NCBI GenBank assembly: GCA_964601125.1
Contig: CAZRKB010000002.1
Location: forward strand, 1 to 52,470
Direction of reading: 5' to 3'
Length of the DNA stretch: 52,470 nt
Source of the DNA: an uncultured Candidatus Saccharibacteria bacterium
GTDB lineage: Bacteria; Patescibacteriota; Minisyncoccia; Phycocordibacterales; WO2-35-19
In this document: piece after piece, positions 1-9,600 of the stretch
Layout: each line of letters opens with the position of its first letter
Position numbering within the stretch: the stretch's first letter is position 1
Program-made: the position numbers and the translations under genes
Notes under the pieces: model-generated
Seen by the model: only the letters and a program-made list of their open reading frames with translations
The model's database searches: none
Told to the model about the DNA's origin: nothing

Positions 1-61
1 CAGTTGGTAGAGCACCCCCATGGTAAGGGGGAGGTCATCGGTTCAATCCCGATCAACGGCT
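1..61 (+). tRNA. tRNA-Thr (anticodon GGT), 5' part cut by the window edge. CCA is encoded at 62-64.
   Basis: Anticodon stem ccccc/ggggg (15-19/27-31) with loop atGGTaa. T arm atcgg-ttcaatc-ccgat (37-53). Acceptor 3' strand caacggc (54-60), discriminator t61. Confidence 0.85.
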
Positions 62-1550
62 CCAAAATCAAACTTAGCGGTTTTTCAGAGGCGGAAATTC
101 GCGCGGCGCGGAGCGCCGCGTATGGAGAAATGGCGTTTCCGCGCGCTTCGCGCGCGTGGAGCGAGAGGTTCAATCCGAAAATTTTTTGGAGGAAGGATTT
201 TTTTAAAAGGAGGTCTTCCGATTCCGCGATTTTTCCGAGTGTCAAAGCGTCTGCAATCCAGTTGCGGACAGGTTCAACCCAAGCGGCAGGGGCTCGTTCA
301 AGACGGACGATATTTTCTTCAATCGTCCGGCGCTCGCTTGCAAGAGCGCGACGGCGTGACAAGTAATCCTCACGCTCCAAATCTTCAGCGACATATAAAT
401 CTGTCAGGCGCGATATTTTGCGAGAAATATCTTCGCACTTGTCACGCAGTTCTTGGACGGCTCCTGCCGCTGTTTGAGAGGCGCTGGCCGCCTCTTTTTC
501 AAGCAATGCGGAAAATGGAGAAATCCATTCTTGCGGCATAAAATATTCTGAAAGAAGCGTCGAGAGTTGCGAGTCCAAAAACTCGCTTCGCACCGGCGCT
601 TCTTTGCATTTGGCCGCTTTGTTTTTGCGAGTACAACGATAATATGTGTAGTGGTGAACGTTGCCATTTTTCTGATGTTTCTCTTTTACTTCAGCTGTAA
701 TACCCATACCGCAAAAACCACAGCGCAAAAGTCCGCAATACGGCGCCGGATCGGTTTTGATGGAAACTGGCCGGCCGCGTCCGCGCAAAACCGCATTGGC
801 TTTATCAAAAAGAGATTTTGAAATTAGAGGAGTGTGCGTACCTTCGTAAATTTCTCCGGCATATCGGAATTGACCGTAGTAAAATGGATTTTGCAAAATG
901 AAAGAGATGCGCGAAATATGAACTCGATGATTTCTTTTGGACATCACACCCGAATTTTCAAGAAAAAGTGTGAGCTGATCCAGCGTAAATTTTCCGCTCG
1001 AATATTTTTCAAATATTTCGCGCACAAGCGCGGCGTTTTTCTTGTGAACTTTTATAGTTTTTGTACTCGGATCATTTATATATCCAATTGGCGCAAGTGC
1101 TGGATAAATTCCTTGCCGCGCTTTTTGTCTTAAACCGCGAGCAGTATTTGCAGAAAGTTGGCGGATATATTCATTTGCCATGCCGAGCTCAACGGACATC
1201 ATGAGAACATTGTCATTGGGATAATGCGAGCGGTCGTGCGTTTGAATATGTCTGATTACATTTTGCTGGAGAAGCCATTGTATTTGTCCGCCGTCTACCG
1301 GATTTCTCGCCAAGCGATCAATTTTCCAACAGATAATTCCTTGTGCTTCGCCGCGCTGAATACGAGAAACCATTTCATTAAATATGGGACGGCCAGGCTG
1401 CTTGGCACTTTTCTTTTCAACGAACTCCTCAACAATTTCCAACTCGTTTCTGTGTGCGAGCACGCGAAGTTCGGCAAGCTGAGCTTCAATACTCAAAACT
1501 TGCTTGTCTTCAACATCAGTGCTTTTGCGAGCGTATAAAAAATATTTCAT
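1..1550 (-). CDS. Large serine recombinase (resolvase catalytic domain + recombinase domain + zinc beta-ribbon + coiled coil). The 3' end is open at the window edge. Not in the supplied ORF track.
   Basis: Manual minus-strand translation from ATG (1550-1548) gives MKYFLYARKSTDVEDKQVLSIEAQLAEL...GIICWKIDRLARNPVDG...LSANTARGLRQKARQG...YCGLLRCGFCGMGITAEVKEKHQKNGNVHHYTYYRCTRKNKAAKC... The frame has no stop down to position 1 (516 codons). The YxRxST catalytic-Ser motif and the CxxC..C zinc ribbon are typical of large serine recombinases. Confidence 0.9.
   Translation of the reverse strand, partial: MKYFLYARKSTDVEDKQVLSIEAQLAELRVLAHRNELEIVEEFVEKKSAKQPGRPIFNEMVSRIQRGEAQGIICWKIDRLARNPVDGGQIQWLLQQNVIRHIQTHDRSHYPNDNVLMMSVELGMANEYIRQLSANTARGLRQKARQGIYPALAPIGYINDPSTKTIKVHKKNAALVREIFEKYSSGKFTLDQLTLFLENSGVMSKRNHRVHISRISFILQNPFYYGQFRYAGEIYEGTHTPLISKSLFDKANAVLRGRGRPVSIKTDPAPYCGLLRCGFCGMGITAEVKEKHQKNGNVHHYTYYRCTRKNKAAKCKEAPVRSEFLDSQLSTLLSEYFMPQEWISPFSALLEKEAASASQTAAGAVQELRDKCEDISRKISRLTDLYVAEDLEREDYLSRRRALASERRTIEENIVRLERAPAAWVEPVRNWIADALTLGKIAESEDLLLKKSFLQKIFGLNLSLHAREARGNAISPYAALRAARISASEKPLSLILEPLIGIEPMTSPLPWGCSTN
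60..165. repeat. IR-A copy 1: 106-bp perfect inverted repeat, partner 1793-1898. Degenerate similarity continues to about 222.
   Basis: Base-by-base comparison shows 60-165 equals the reverse complement of 1793-1898. It covers the last acceptor base, discriminator and CCA of tRNA-Thr(GGT) and the 3' coding end of the recombinase. Confidence 0.95.
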
Positions 1551-1790
1551 ATAACTTAAATGGCCATCCTTGGTGCACTCAACCCAACAAGTTGGATTGT
1601 CCAAAGACGGCCATTAAAAAACTTGTTGGAAAGTTGAGTGCGCATCCATTATACATCAAAAGAAAATTTTGTTGCAAATATTTTTAGGGAGTTTTTGTGT
1701 GTGCGCACGGGTGGGCGGGGCAAACACACATAAATTTGCAGACCTCCTAAAAATCCTTCCTCCAAAAATTTCGGATCTGTATTTTCCTGA

Positions 1791-1943
1791 ACCTCGCTCC
1801 ACGCGCGCGAAGCGCGCGGAAACGCCATTTCTCCATACGCGGCGCTCCGCGCCGCGCGAATTTCCGCCTCTGAAAAACCGCTAAGTTTGATTTTGGAGTC
1901 TCTATTGTACTCCGCTCGAACCTATTTTTCCACTGAAATCTAG
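1791..1943 (+). pseudogene. Orphan 3' fragment of a serine recombinase gene (about 50 codons, ...HAREARGNAISPYAALRAARISASEKPLSLILESLLYSARTYFSTEI*).
   Basis: In the recombinase frame the IR-A copy 2 reading is preceded by an in-frame TGA (1788-1790) and ends at TAG 1941-1943. There is no N-terminal part upstream. Confidence 0.5.
1793..1898. repeat. IR-A copy 2 (inverted).
   Basis: Reverse complement is identical to 60-165. It abuts IR-B and overlaps it by GAG (1896-1898). Confidence 0.95.
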
Positions 1944-2130
1944 CGCACGCTCCGCGCGCGTGGTGGCTTTGTATTCTTGCGTACGCTCGACGCAAAGTGC
2001 TAACTCTGAAAGAAGAATTCCGCTTAGCTCGCTCCGCTCGCTCTGCCCCTCGCTTCCGTCCGCCCGAATTCCTCTCTTTCTTTTTGGCGGGGTGTTATGA
2101 AATGGATGAGGAGGCGGATGGAAGCGAGGG
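1896..2130. repeat. IR-B copy 1: 235-bp perfect inverted repeat, partner 12658-12892.
   Basis: Checked base by base against the reverse complement of 12658-12892. GC-rich. The inner end folds as an 18-bp hairpin (2047-2064 / 2113-2130). Confidence 0.95.
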
Positions 2131-2212
2131 TGATTTTTTGGGTGTTTGACAAATAAAAACGTGGTACAATAATTGTACAAACAAATGAATAGAGAATTGA
2201 AGAGTAAATTTG

Positions 2213-2232
2213 GAGAGAGAGAGAGAGAGAGA
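2213..2232. repeat. (GA)10 dinucleotide microsatellite.
   Basis: Direct reading: gagagagagagagagagaga. Confidence 0.95.
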
Positions 2233-2274
2233 GTAGAAGAGACCCTCCGAATTTTTGTATTAGACAAAGAAGCA

Positions 2275-2301
2275 AAAAGCACTGTTTTTGACAGTGCTTT
2301 T
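2275..2301. terminator. Symmetric hairpin flanked by A-run and T-run (aaaagcactgt-ttttg-acagtgctttt). Terminator-like in both directions.
   Basis: 11-bp perfect stem with a 5-nt loop and T/A tracts on both sides. Confidence 0.5.
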
Positions 2302-2321
2302 TGCGATTAAATTTTAATACC

Positions 2322-2627
2322 ATGGATACATTTTATATATCAATAATACTTGCAGGGTTTGGTGGAGGGGCAGTTAGAAATTTAGTCGGATTTGCCAAAC
2401 AATTTTCATTCACTAAACCAGTCTTTGATCTCAAATATTTTCTTATGACTATGCTCATTTCCGGAGCAGTCGGACTCATTGCTGCTATTGTCACCAAAGA
2501 GTTGGACATCAGTATTTTAGGAATTTCAGGCTTCACTCCAGCCATCGCCTTTTTGGTTGGTTACGCTGGAGGAGATTTGCTGGATAATCTTTACAAAATT
2601 ATTTTGAGAAAACCAGCTACTACCTAA
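2322..2627 (+). CDS. Small hypothetical membrane protein (about 3 TM, 101 aa).
   Basis: ORF 2301..2627. The first ATG is at 2322. Hydrophobic segments include ISIILAGFGGG, LMTMLISGAVGLIAAIV and AIAFLVGYAGG. Confidence 0.55.
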   Translation: MDTFYISIILAGFGGGAVRNLVGFAKQFSFTKPVFDLKYFLMTMLISGAVGLIAAIVTKELDISILGISGFTPAIAFLVGYAGGDLLDNLYKIILRKPATT

Positions 2628-2631
2628 CTTT

Positions 2632-5600
2632 ATGCCTTACTTTTTTAACAAAAAATTATTTCTGATTGCGATTGTAATTTGGGTTGGATTTGGGTTTTCA
2701 ATAAAAGCAAATGCAGCGACGGGGGATATCACTGCTGTTCGTATTGTATCTGGTGCGGAAGCTAGCCCGTGCAGTGCGGGTACTAATTGTAACGGTTGGG
2801 TAGCGGAAATTGATATTACCGGATTAAATACTGGAGGGACATATAATCTTGGTCTGGGTGCAAACAATAATCCATCAACTGCAAAAATTGTTTTTACTGT
2901 TACGTCCCCAGGATATGACACAAGTGGCAATGCGACGACAATAGCACGGACAATTTATGGTACGAAACAACTTCGTAAACCATATCCAAACCAGGCGACA
3001 ATGGACGAGGTTGAATCCGGTGGAACTCTTACCGTCCGTGTAGCACTTTCTGATTTTGTTTATTCTGGAGACTCGAGTATTACAGTAAATATCGGCTCTG
3101 GATTTTATACAAACGGAACAGCAAACAATGCTGTGACAGGATTGGCTGTTACAAATAATTCAACTTTAGGATACCCAAAAACCATAGGCCGCTGGGCGTG
3201 GCCCGGATATGAGAGGGTAACCGGTGACTTCTTACTCGAATCCACTGTATTTAACCACTTTGCCCGCAATGGCAAACCTGTGGCCGCAGTAAAATACACT
3301 TGCTCTGATCAACACTCAAATACCGTCACCCAAACCGTTAACAATATGACGGTTTCCACGAGAACTGGCGATGCTAACAAAGTTTTGGTTTACGCGGCAA
3401 CTATGCCTGTTTCAACTTTAACGCAAGGTGACATTATCACCTGCAACTTTACTGCTTATCCTTGGGTTGGTGACTCAACAGCTCTTGTTAATTCCGATTT
3501 AGTTGCTAATGGAGGTGATGGTATAGCTCAACCTAGCGAAGCGCTCGGACCTATTTATGAAGTCTTGGACAAATCAGGAACATACCCCAAAGGCTTTGCG
3601 GTCGTGGATGCAACGAACGGACAAGCGTCGGCGGCAGCCACCTGGGTGTACTCCTCACAGTCTGCTGCGGAATCGGCTTATGCGGGAGGTAACACGAACT
3701 CCTACAGGACCATCGGCTATGCCCTGCAGGCTCTCAAGGCATACAACAATGCTGATGCTACTTTTTCACATAATGATCCCGGAGGAGGAACTGTTCTTTT
3801 ACCGGAAGGATCTTATACATGGTCAAGTACCGGGCGATATGCCGACTCGGGCACGCAAAATATGTGGGTGACAGTCACAAAACTATCAACAGCATCTCGT
3901 GCAAATACAATCTTAGCTGCGGGTGGAGCGAGTAACTGGAATACGCAGAAAATTAAATTTACTGATTTAAATCTCGCTGGTTCTGCATCGGGCGTTCTTT
4001 CCAGCCGCACAGCATCAGACGTCTTGTGGCTACACAACAATACAATTAATTACACTGCTGACGGTGCTGTATATTCTTGGTTATTGGCATATGCAACTCA
4101 AAATGCGGTTACAAAGATAGGCCAAGGTTTTGATGTTTATGGAGGAGTTAAGGGCGCATATGCGTTAATACGTGGAAATACTGCGACAGCGCTTATTCCA
4201 TCTAGTGTCTATGCTATCTTGGGTAACACAAAAATTAAGCCTTCTCGGTTTTGTAATGATGCAACGTGTTACGGAGGAATGCAAACGTCAGAAAATTCAA
4301 TTATCGCATTCAATACCGTATATGGGCTAAGCTCAAGCATGTTGACAGGTCAACCAGCTAATACACAAACGCTTACGTGGGGAATAGCTATAGTACAAAA
4401 TGTATTTGAAAAAATAACCACGACTGACAACATTATGGGTATAGCCGCTGATAGTAGCACATCCAATCCAGCGAATAATGTAATTTTGTGGTACAACGAT
4501 TTTGTAGGTGAACGATTGAATATGGCGTATAACGATTTCACTGGACCAGGCACTCCGTTGATTCGAACCAATTGGTCATTCAAGTATAATTTGCTTGATA
4601 GATATTCCAATGTTTCTGATGTTGATAGCCATAATGGTAATCTTCCTGATGGAACTAGGATTGGTAATTGGCCGGTTAGGTATGGGGCAGGAACGGCCGG
4701 AAACATAATTGGAAGTTCACCGTTTTATGGAGAATTCCTTGGACTTTACACTTTAAATACGACGTTACCTGGCACGCTCGGAGGCTATGATTTTCATTAC
4801 ACAAATAATGCATCTTATACTGGCACAGCAGCGGGTAACGGAGATTATCATCCTACAGACTTATCACCATCTTTGAATCTTGTTTCGTCCGGATCTGCCT
4901 TGCTTCCATATGATATTGAAGGAACTGCCCGCAAAAACGACGGCACGGGCGCAGCCGGCGCATATGAATATGTCGCTGCTGGCGATACAACTTCTCCAAC
5001 AGTTTCCGATGGTACTATCACCACTTCATCTGTAACTTCAACTTCTCTCACCCTCTCTTGGACCAAAGCGACCGACGACACTTCCGCTCAAAACGCTCTA
5101 GTCTATCGAGTTTATAGATCATCTTCAAACAACATTGATTCCGTTGCTAATATTTATGCCAACGGCACTGCAGTTAACGCTTCCACAACCGATATAGCAA
5201 CTCTGGATGTTTCTTCTCTAGATCCTGCTACCACATATTACTTCAACATTGTCGTTGCTGACGAAGCTGGAAATTCTGCAGTATATACCACCAAATCACA
5301 AGTTACTCTCCAATCAGATTTAAGCGCTCCAACAGTGAACACATACAGCCCGACTGACGGTGCTTCTGATGTGGCTATAAGTTCAAACCTTGTTTTAACT
5401 TTCAACGAAAATGTGGCCAAAAGTACAGGCAACATTTATATCAAATTAACTAGCAATGATTCTACCGCTCAAACTATTGACGTTACTGACGCCACAGTCT
5501 CTGTGAGTAACGATACAGTCACTATCAATCCGCCTTCCAATTTGGATTACAGTACCGGATATTATGTCACTATAGACAACGGCGCTCTGGTAGATACCGC

Positions 5601-6684
5601 AACACCGACCCCCAACGCTTATGTTGGAATTTCAAACAGCACAACCTGGAATTTCACAACAGCATCCGCTCCATCATCCGTTAAAGCTATAACTTCTTTT
5701 GCTCTCAACGGCTTAACTCCAGCGGTTACAGGCACAATTAACGAAGGAGCTAAAACCGTCACCTTAACTGTTCCATACGGCACTTCTCTAACCAATCTCG
5801 TCCCCACTATTGTCTACACAGGCTCTTCCATTGATCCAGCTTCAGGTGCAGCTCACACGTTCACAGACGGAGTAGCCGAAACTTATACTGTCACTGCCGA
5901 AGATGCGACAACTCAAGCGTATCAAGTTACGGTTAATGTGACTCCTGCAAGCTCGGCAACAACCATCACTTCTTTTGATTTCGCATCCCCGGCTGTTACT
6001 GGCACAGTGGACAATACCGCTCACACCGTAGCTCTAACCGTCCCATACGGCACTGATGTTACTTATCTTACTCCGACCATTGTTTTGGCAACAGGAGCAA
6101 CTATTTCTCCAGATACTGGAGTAGCAACAGATTTCACTTCACCGGTTACTTACACAGTTACCGCCCAAGACGGAACAACGGAGCAAATATATACCGTGAC
6201 TGTCACTTCCGAAGCTGCTCCAGTCACTCCGTCAAACGGCCCCGTTTCTTCGGGTGGGGGCGGAGGGGGTCGCCGAAATATAATTACAACATCTATTCCA
6301 ACCGAAACTACTAATTACAGATTCCTAAACAATCTCTCATACGGATCGGAAGGAAATGATGTAACCGAACTTCAAAAGTTTTTGGTGTCGCAAGGATTTT
6401 TGACCTCAGACAACATCACCGGAGCATTCCGTGGAGAAACTCAAAAAGCTCTGCAAGCTTTCCAAAAAGCAAATGGTATTGTCACTTCCGGAACTCCGCA
6501 AACTACAGGATTTGGCAACTTCGGGCCGACAACTCGAGCAAAAGTTAATGCGATACTTGCCGGCTCAATCCCTTCGACAAGCTCAGGGCAAGCGGTCGCA
6601 GATCTGCAAGCTACTCTTCTTTCTTTGCAAAAACAACTGGTGACTCTGTTGACTCAACTGATACAGAAATTACAAGCTAACTAG
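2632..6684 (+). CDS. Giant secreted/surface protein (1350 aa). Contents: signal peptide, probable beta-helix region, FN3, Ig-like repeats, one C-terminal peptidoglycan-binding (PG_binding_1-like) domain and a terminal coiled coil.
   Basis: N-terminal signal FLIAIVIWVGFGFSIKANA. FN3-like LTLSWTKATDD...VYRVYRS. Duplicated ITSF..VTGT....TV.LTVPYGT modules. LSYGSEGNDVTELQKFLVSQGFL...ALQAFQKANGI matches the PG-binding motif. Confidence 0.8.
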   Translation: MPYFFNKKLFLIAIVIWVGFGFSIKANAATGDITAVRIVSGAEASPCSAGTNCNGWVAEIDITGLNTGGTYNLGLGANNNPSTAKIVFTVTSPGYDTSGNATTIARTIYGTKQLRKPYPNQATMDEVESGGTLTVRVALSDFVYSGDSSITVNIGSGFYTNGTANNAVTGLAVTNNSTLGYPKTIGRWAWPGYERVTGDFLLESTVFNHFARNGKPVAAVKYTCSDQHSNTVTQTVNNMTVSTRTGDANKVLVYAATMPVSTLTQGDIITCNFTAYPWVGDSTALVNSDLVANGGDGIAQPSEALGPIYEVLDKSGTYPKGFAVVDATNGQASAAATWVYSSQSAAESAYAGGNTNSYRTIGYALQALKAYNNADATFSHNDPGGGTVLLPEGSYTWSSTGRYADSGTQNMWVTVTKLSTASRANTILAAGGASNWNTQKIKFTDLNLAGSASGVLSSRTASDVLWLHNNTINYTADGAVYSWLLAYATQNAVTKIGQGFDVYGGVKGAYALIRGNTATALIPSSVYAILGNTKIKPSRFCNDATCYGGMQTSENSIIAFNTVYGLSSSMLTGQPANTQTLTWGIAIVQNVFEKITTTDNIMGIAADSSTSNPANNVILWYNDFVGERLNMAYNDFTGPGTPLIRTNWSFKYNLLDRYSNVSDVDSHNGNLPDGTRIGNWPVRYGAGTAGNIIGSSPFYGEFLGLYTLNTTLPGTLGGYDFHYTNNASYTGTAAGNGDYHPTDLSPSLNLVSSGSALLPYDIEGTARKNDGTGAAGAYEYVAAGDTTSPTVSDGTITTSSVTSTSLTLSWTKATDDTSAQNALVYRVYRSSSNNIDSVANIYANGTAVNASTTDIATLDVSSLDPATTYYFNIVVADEAGNSAVYTTKSQVTLQSDLSAPTVNTYSPTDGASDVAISSNLVLTFNENVAKSTGNIYIKLTSNDSTAQTIDVTDATVSVSNDTVTINPPSNLDYSTGYYVTIDNGALVDTATPTPNAYVGISNSTTWNFTTASAPSSVKAITSFALNGLTPAVTGTINEGAKTVTLTVPYGTSLTNLVPTIVYTGSSIDPASGAAHTFTDGVAETYTVTAEDATTQAYQVTVNVTPASSATTITSFDFASPAVTGTVDNTAHTVALTVPYGTDVTYLTPTIVLATGATISPDTGVATDFTSPVTYTVTAQDGTTEQIYTVTVTSEAAPVTPSNGPVSSGGGGGGRRNIITTSIPTETTNYRFLNNLSYGSEGNDVTELQKFLVSQGFLTSDNITGAFRGETQKALQAFQKANGIVTSGTPQTTGFGNFGPTTRAKVNAILAGSIPSTSSGQAVADLQATLLSLQKQLVTLLTQLIQKLQAN

Positions 6685-6689
6685 AAAAT

Positions 6690-9600
6690 ATGGAAATATT
6701 GCAACAAATCCTTTCTACTTTAACTGCTCTGGTTATGGCTCTTTCCGCCCAGATTGTTTCTCTGCCTCCAATCACACAATTGGCTCAAGTCTCCGCTCCG
6801 AGTTCGGGACTTGTCGGCTACTGGAATTTTGATGAAGGATCGGGAACAGTCGCAAACGATTCAAGTGGAAATGGAAATACCGGAACAATTAACGGAGCAA
6901 CTTGGACAACAGGAAAGGTGGGGAGTGGGGCTTTGAGTTTTGATGGAACAAGCAGTTATGTTTCTCTCGGCTCGTCGGCATCTCTCTCAGGTATAACTTA
7001 TCCGTATTCAATTTCTTTGTGGTTTAAGAGTTCCACCAACCAGTCTAAAATTTTATTTAGCTTTGACACAAATGATGCGAGCAGTGATCAGGCGATTCTT
7101 CTAGCCAATTCTTCCGGGGGCAATAATCAGTGGATTATTGCTGGCAACAAATATGCAAACGTTTATCCAACTATAAATAATCTTTCTGATGGACAATGGC
7201 ATAATGTCGTCGTTGAAAGAGATTCATCGAATAATGCTTTAATTTATGTTGATGGGAATAATTTTTCTACCAATAATACTTCTGCTTACTCTGTAAGCAA
7301 TATGGTAATCGGCGGGAGAGGTGCTGGAACATATCCGTTTAACGGATCAATTGATGAAATTCGTATTTATAACCGTACTCTTTCTGCATCTGAAGTCTCA
7401 AATATTTATAACGAGGGTGGAAGTTCAGTAATGCCTCCGGCACCAGAACCTGAGCCAACTCCGGCCCCTACCCCAACCCCGACACCCATAAACGGATCTT
7501 GCGGTTCTTCTGTTAACACTTGTACAACAGGAACTTTATCCGACACTGCCGATACTTCCACTAATTATCTCTGGATTTGCCAAGGTAGCAATGGGGGCAC
7601 AAATGTTTCTTGTTCTCTCCCGATTTCTATCACGCCGCCTCCTTCAAACGGAACTTATACGGTAAAAAAGGACGGTACTGGCAATTTCACTACTATCCAA
7701 GCTTGCGCCGATGCTGTAACCGCGGGAGGAACCTGTCTAGTCTATGCTGGTACTTACAATGAACGCGTATCTACTAAATCTGGCGGCACAAGTGACAGTA
7801 ATCGTATATTTTTCAAAACCCAAGGCACGGTGACTATGCAAGGTTTTGATATAAAAAATCCTTACATAACAATAGAAGGTTTTGATATGACCGGATACTC
7901 GGTAAATTACACGGGTTATGTTGATGTCTGGCAAAATGGAGATTACGTCAATGTTTTAAACAACACAATTCGTGATGTTGATGGGGGAGCAAAGGTAAAT
8001 GGAGTTAAATTTGAGCGTGTCAGTGGCGACTCCGCAAATAACGGTATTGTCCGCGGAAACACCATGACTCACTTAAACTCTCAATATTTTTCTCTTCATG
8101 GTTCAAACCACCTGATTGAACAAAACAGAATGACCGAAGCTCGTCAGTGGGATCCGTTTATGGTTTTTGGCACCAATCATATTATCCGTCATAACATTTT
8201 TTTGAATGCTGGCACTGCCGGCGGCGGTAATCATCCAGATTATTTCCAGACTTGGGGTGCCAGTGGAGAGCCCGCTCAGAATATTTTATTTGAAGACAAC
8301 TGGATGCAAGATCTGCCGGAACAGCTCTGCCAGCTCAATTCTTCTGTTGATGGAGTGGGGGCTTTGGTTACCAACGTCAGAGATTTTACCTTCCGCCGGA
8401 ATGTGGTCGTAAACGTACCGGCAAATTGTAACGTAGATATTCCGGGCACCAGGTGGGAGAATAATACTTTTTCCCGGATGTCCTATAACATGACCGGCTT
8501 TATAATGGGAGGTTCGTTAACCAGAGGCGATGGCTCTTCGGCAGTATTTCGCAATAATGTGTTTTTGGAAGGCGGAAGCAATCCAACTGCCAGCAATAGT
8601 TCCTCTGGTTTTTATAGCGTAGACGGCTTCTTATTCACTCGCGAAGTCATTGCCCAATATGTCACAGGGGAAGGCTTTGCCTCCTGCGCCAGTCCCGGTT
8701 GCCCCATAGCCAATGGTATCACAAACGATATGATTGCTAGCGGATATATTGACGGTGCCTATAACGGGCACATTCTTCCCGCAGCACGGGCGCTTACGAG
8801 CGGAGATGCCATGAATTTAAATGCTTCATACGCAGCATACAAACCGGCGCTTTGGACAAAGCTTCAAGAATCTATTACTTACGATAATACTTTAAAGTCT
8901 ACTTTCTCCGCTGATTACAATTATGTAGCCGGAGCAACGTCCTCAGGTTATCCGGCTAAGAAAAGCAGCGGCTGCGTAGCCGGAGCCACATACACCAGCG
9001 GGAATTTCTGCGAACCGCATGGTATTAATGGCGGTGATCCAAAATTGCAAAATGTAAGCAACCCTATCGGACCAGATGGTATACCCTTTACTTCAGATGA
9101 TGGATTGAGGCCTTTATCTGGGTCACCCCTATGTGGCACTGGAGAAGGAGGGGCTAGTATAGGAGCCTATTCTTGCTCGTCTTCTTCGCTGGGAGCTCCA
9201 ACCATTTCCAATTTTTATGCAACCCCGTCATCAATCACTTCGGGCAATTCTACTATATTGTCTTGGTCAGTGTCAGGTGCAAGTTCGATTTCTATAGATA
9301 ACAATGTTGGTAGTGTCACCAATCTAACATCAAAAACAGTTTCTCCGAACGTAACTACTACATACACTATTACAGCGACAAATAGTGCTGGATCGGTTAC
9401 GAGATCGATTACTGTATCAGTTTCTTCTGCTTCAATAAGTGATTTAGTTTTGAGACTAAATTTCGAAGGATACACTCCTTCTTCCGGCATAGTTTCTGAT
9501 AAGTCGGGTACTGGCAATGATGGCGCTTGCAATTATAGTTTAGGACAGTGCCCTGTAATTGGTACTGGTCCAGATAATAGTACTGCTGCCAGATTTTTTG

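Noticed and set aside
4-1538. Plus-strand ORFs 4..366, 20..541, 567..821, 834..1133 and 1158..1538 from the ORF track.
   Set aside because: They lie antisense to a continuous 516-codon minus-strand frame with clear large-serine-recombinase motifs. Their Arg-rich or low-complexity translations have no recognisable features.
2213-2232. CRISPR array or other spaced repeat array anywhere in the window.
   Set aside because: Only a dinucleotide microsatellite, long inverted repeats and intragenic protein-module repeats are present. There are no regularly spaced short direct repeats with unique spacers, and no cas genes.
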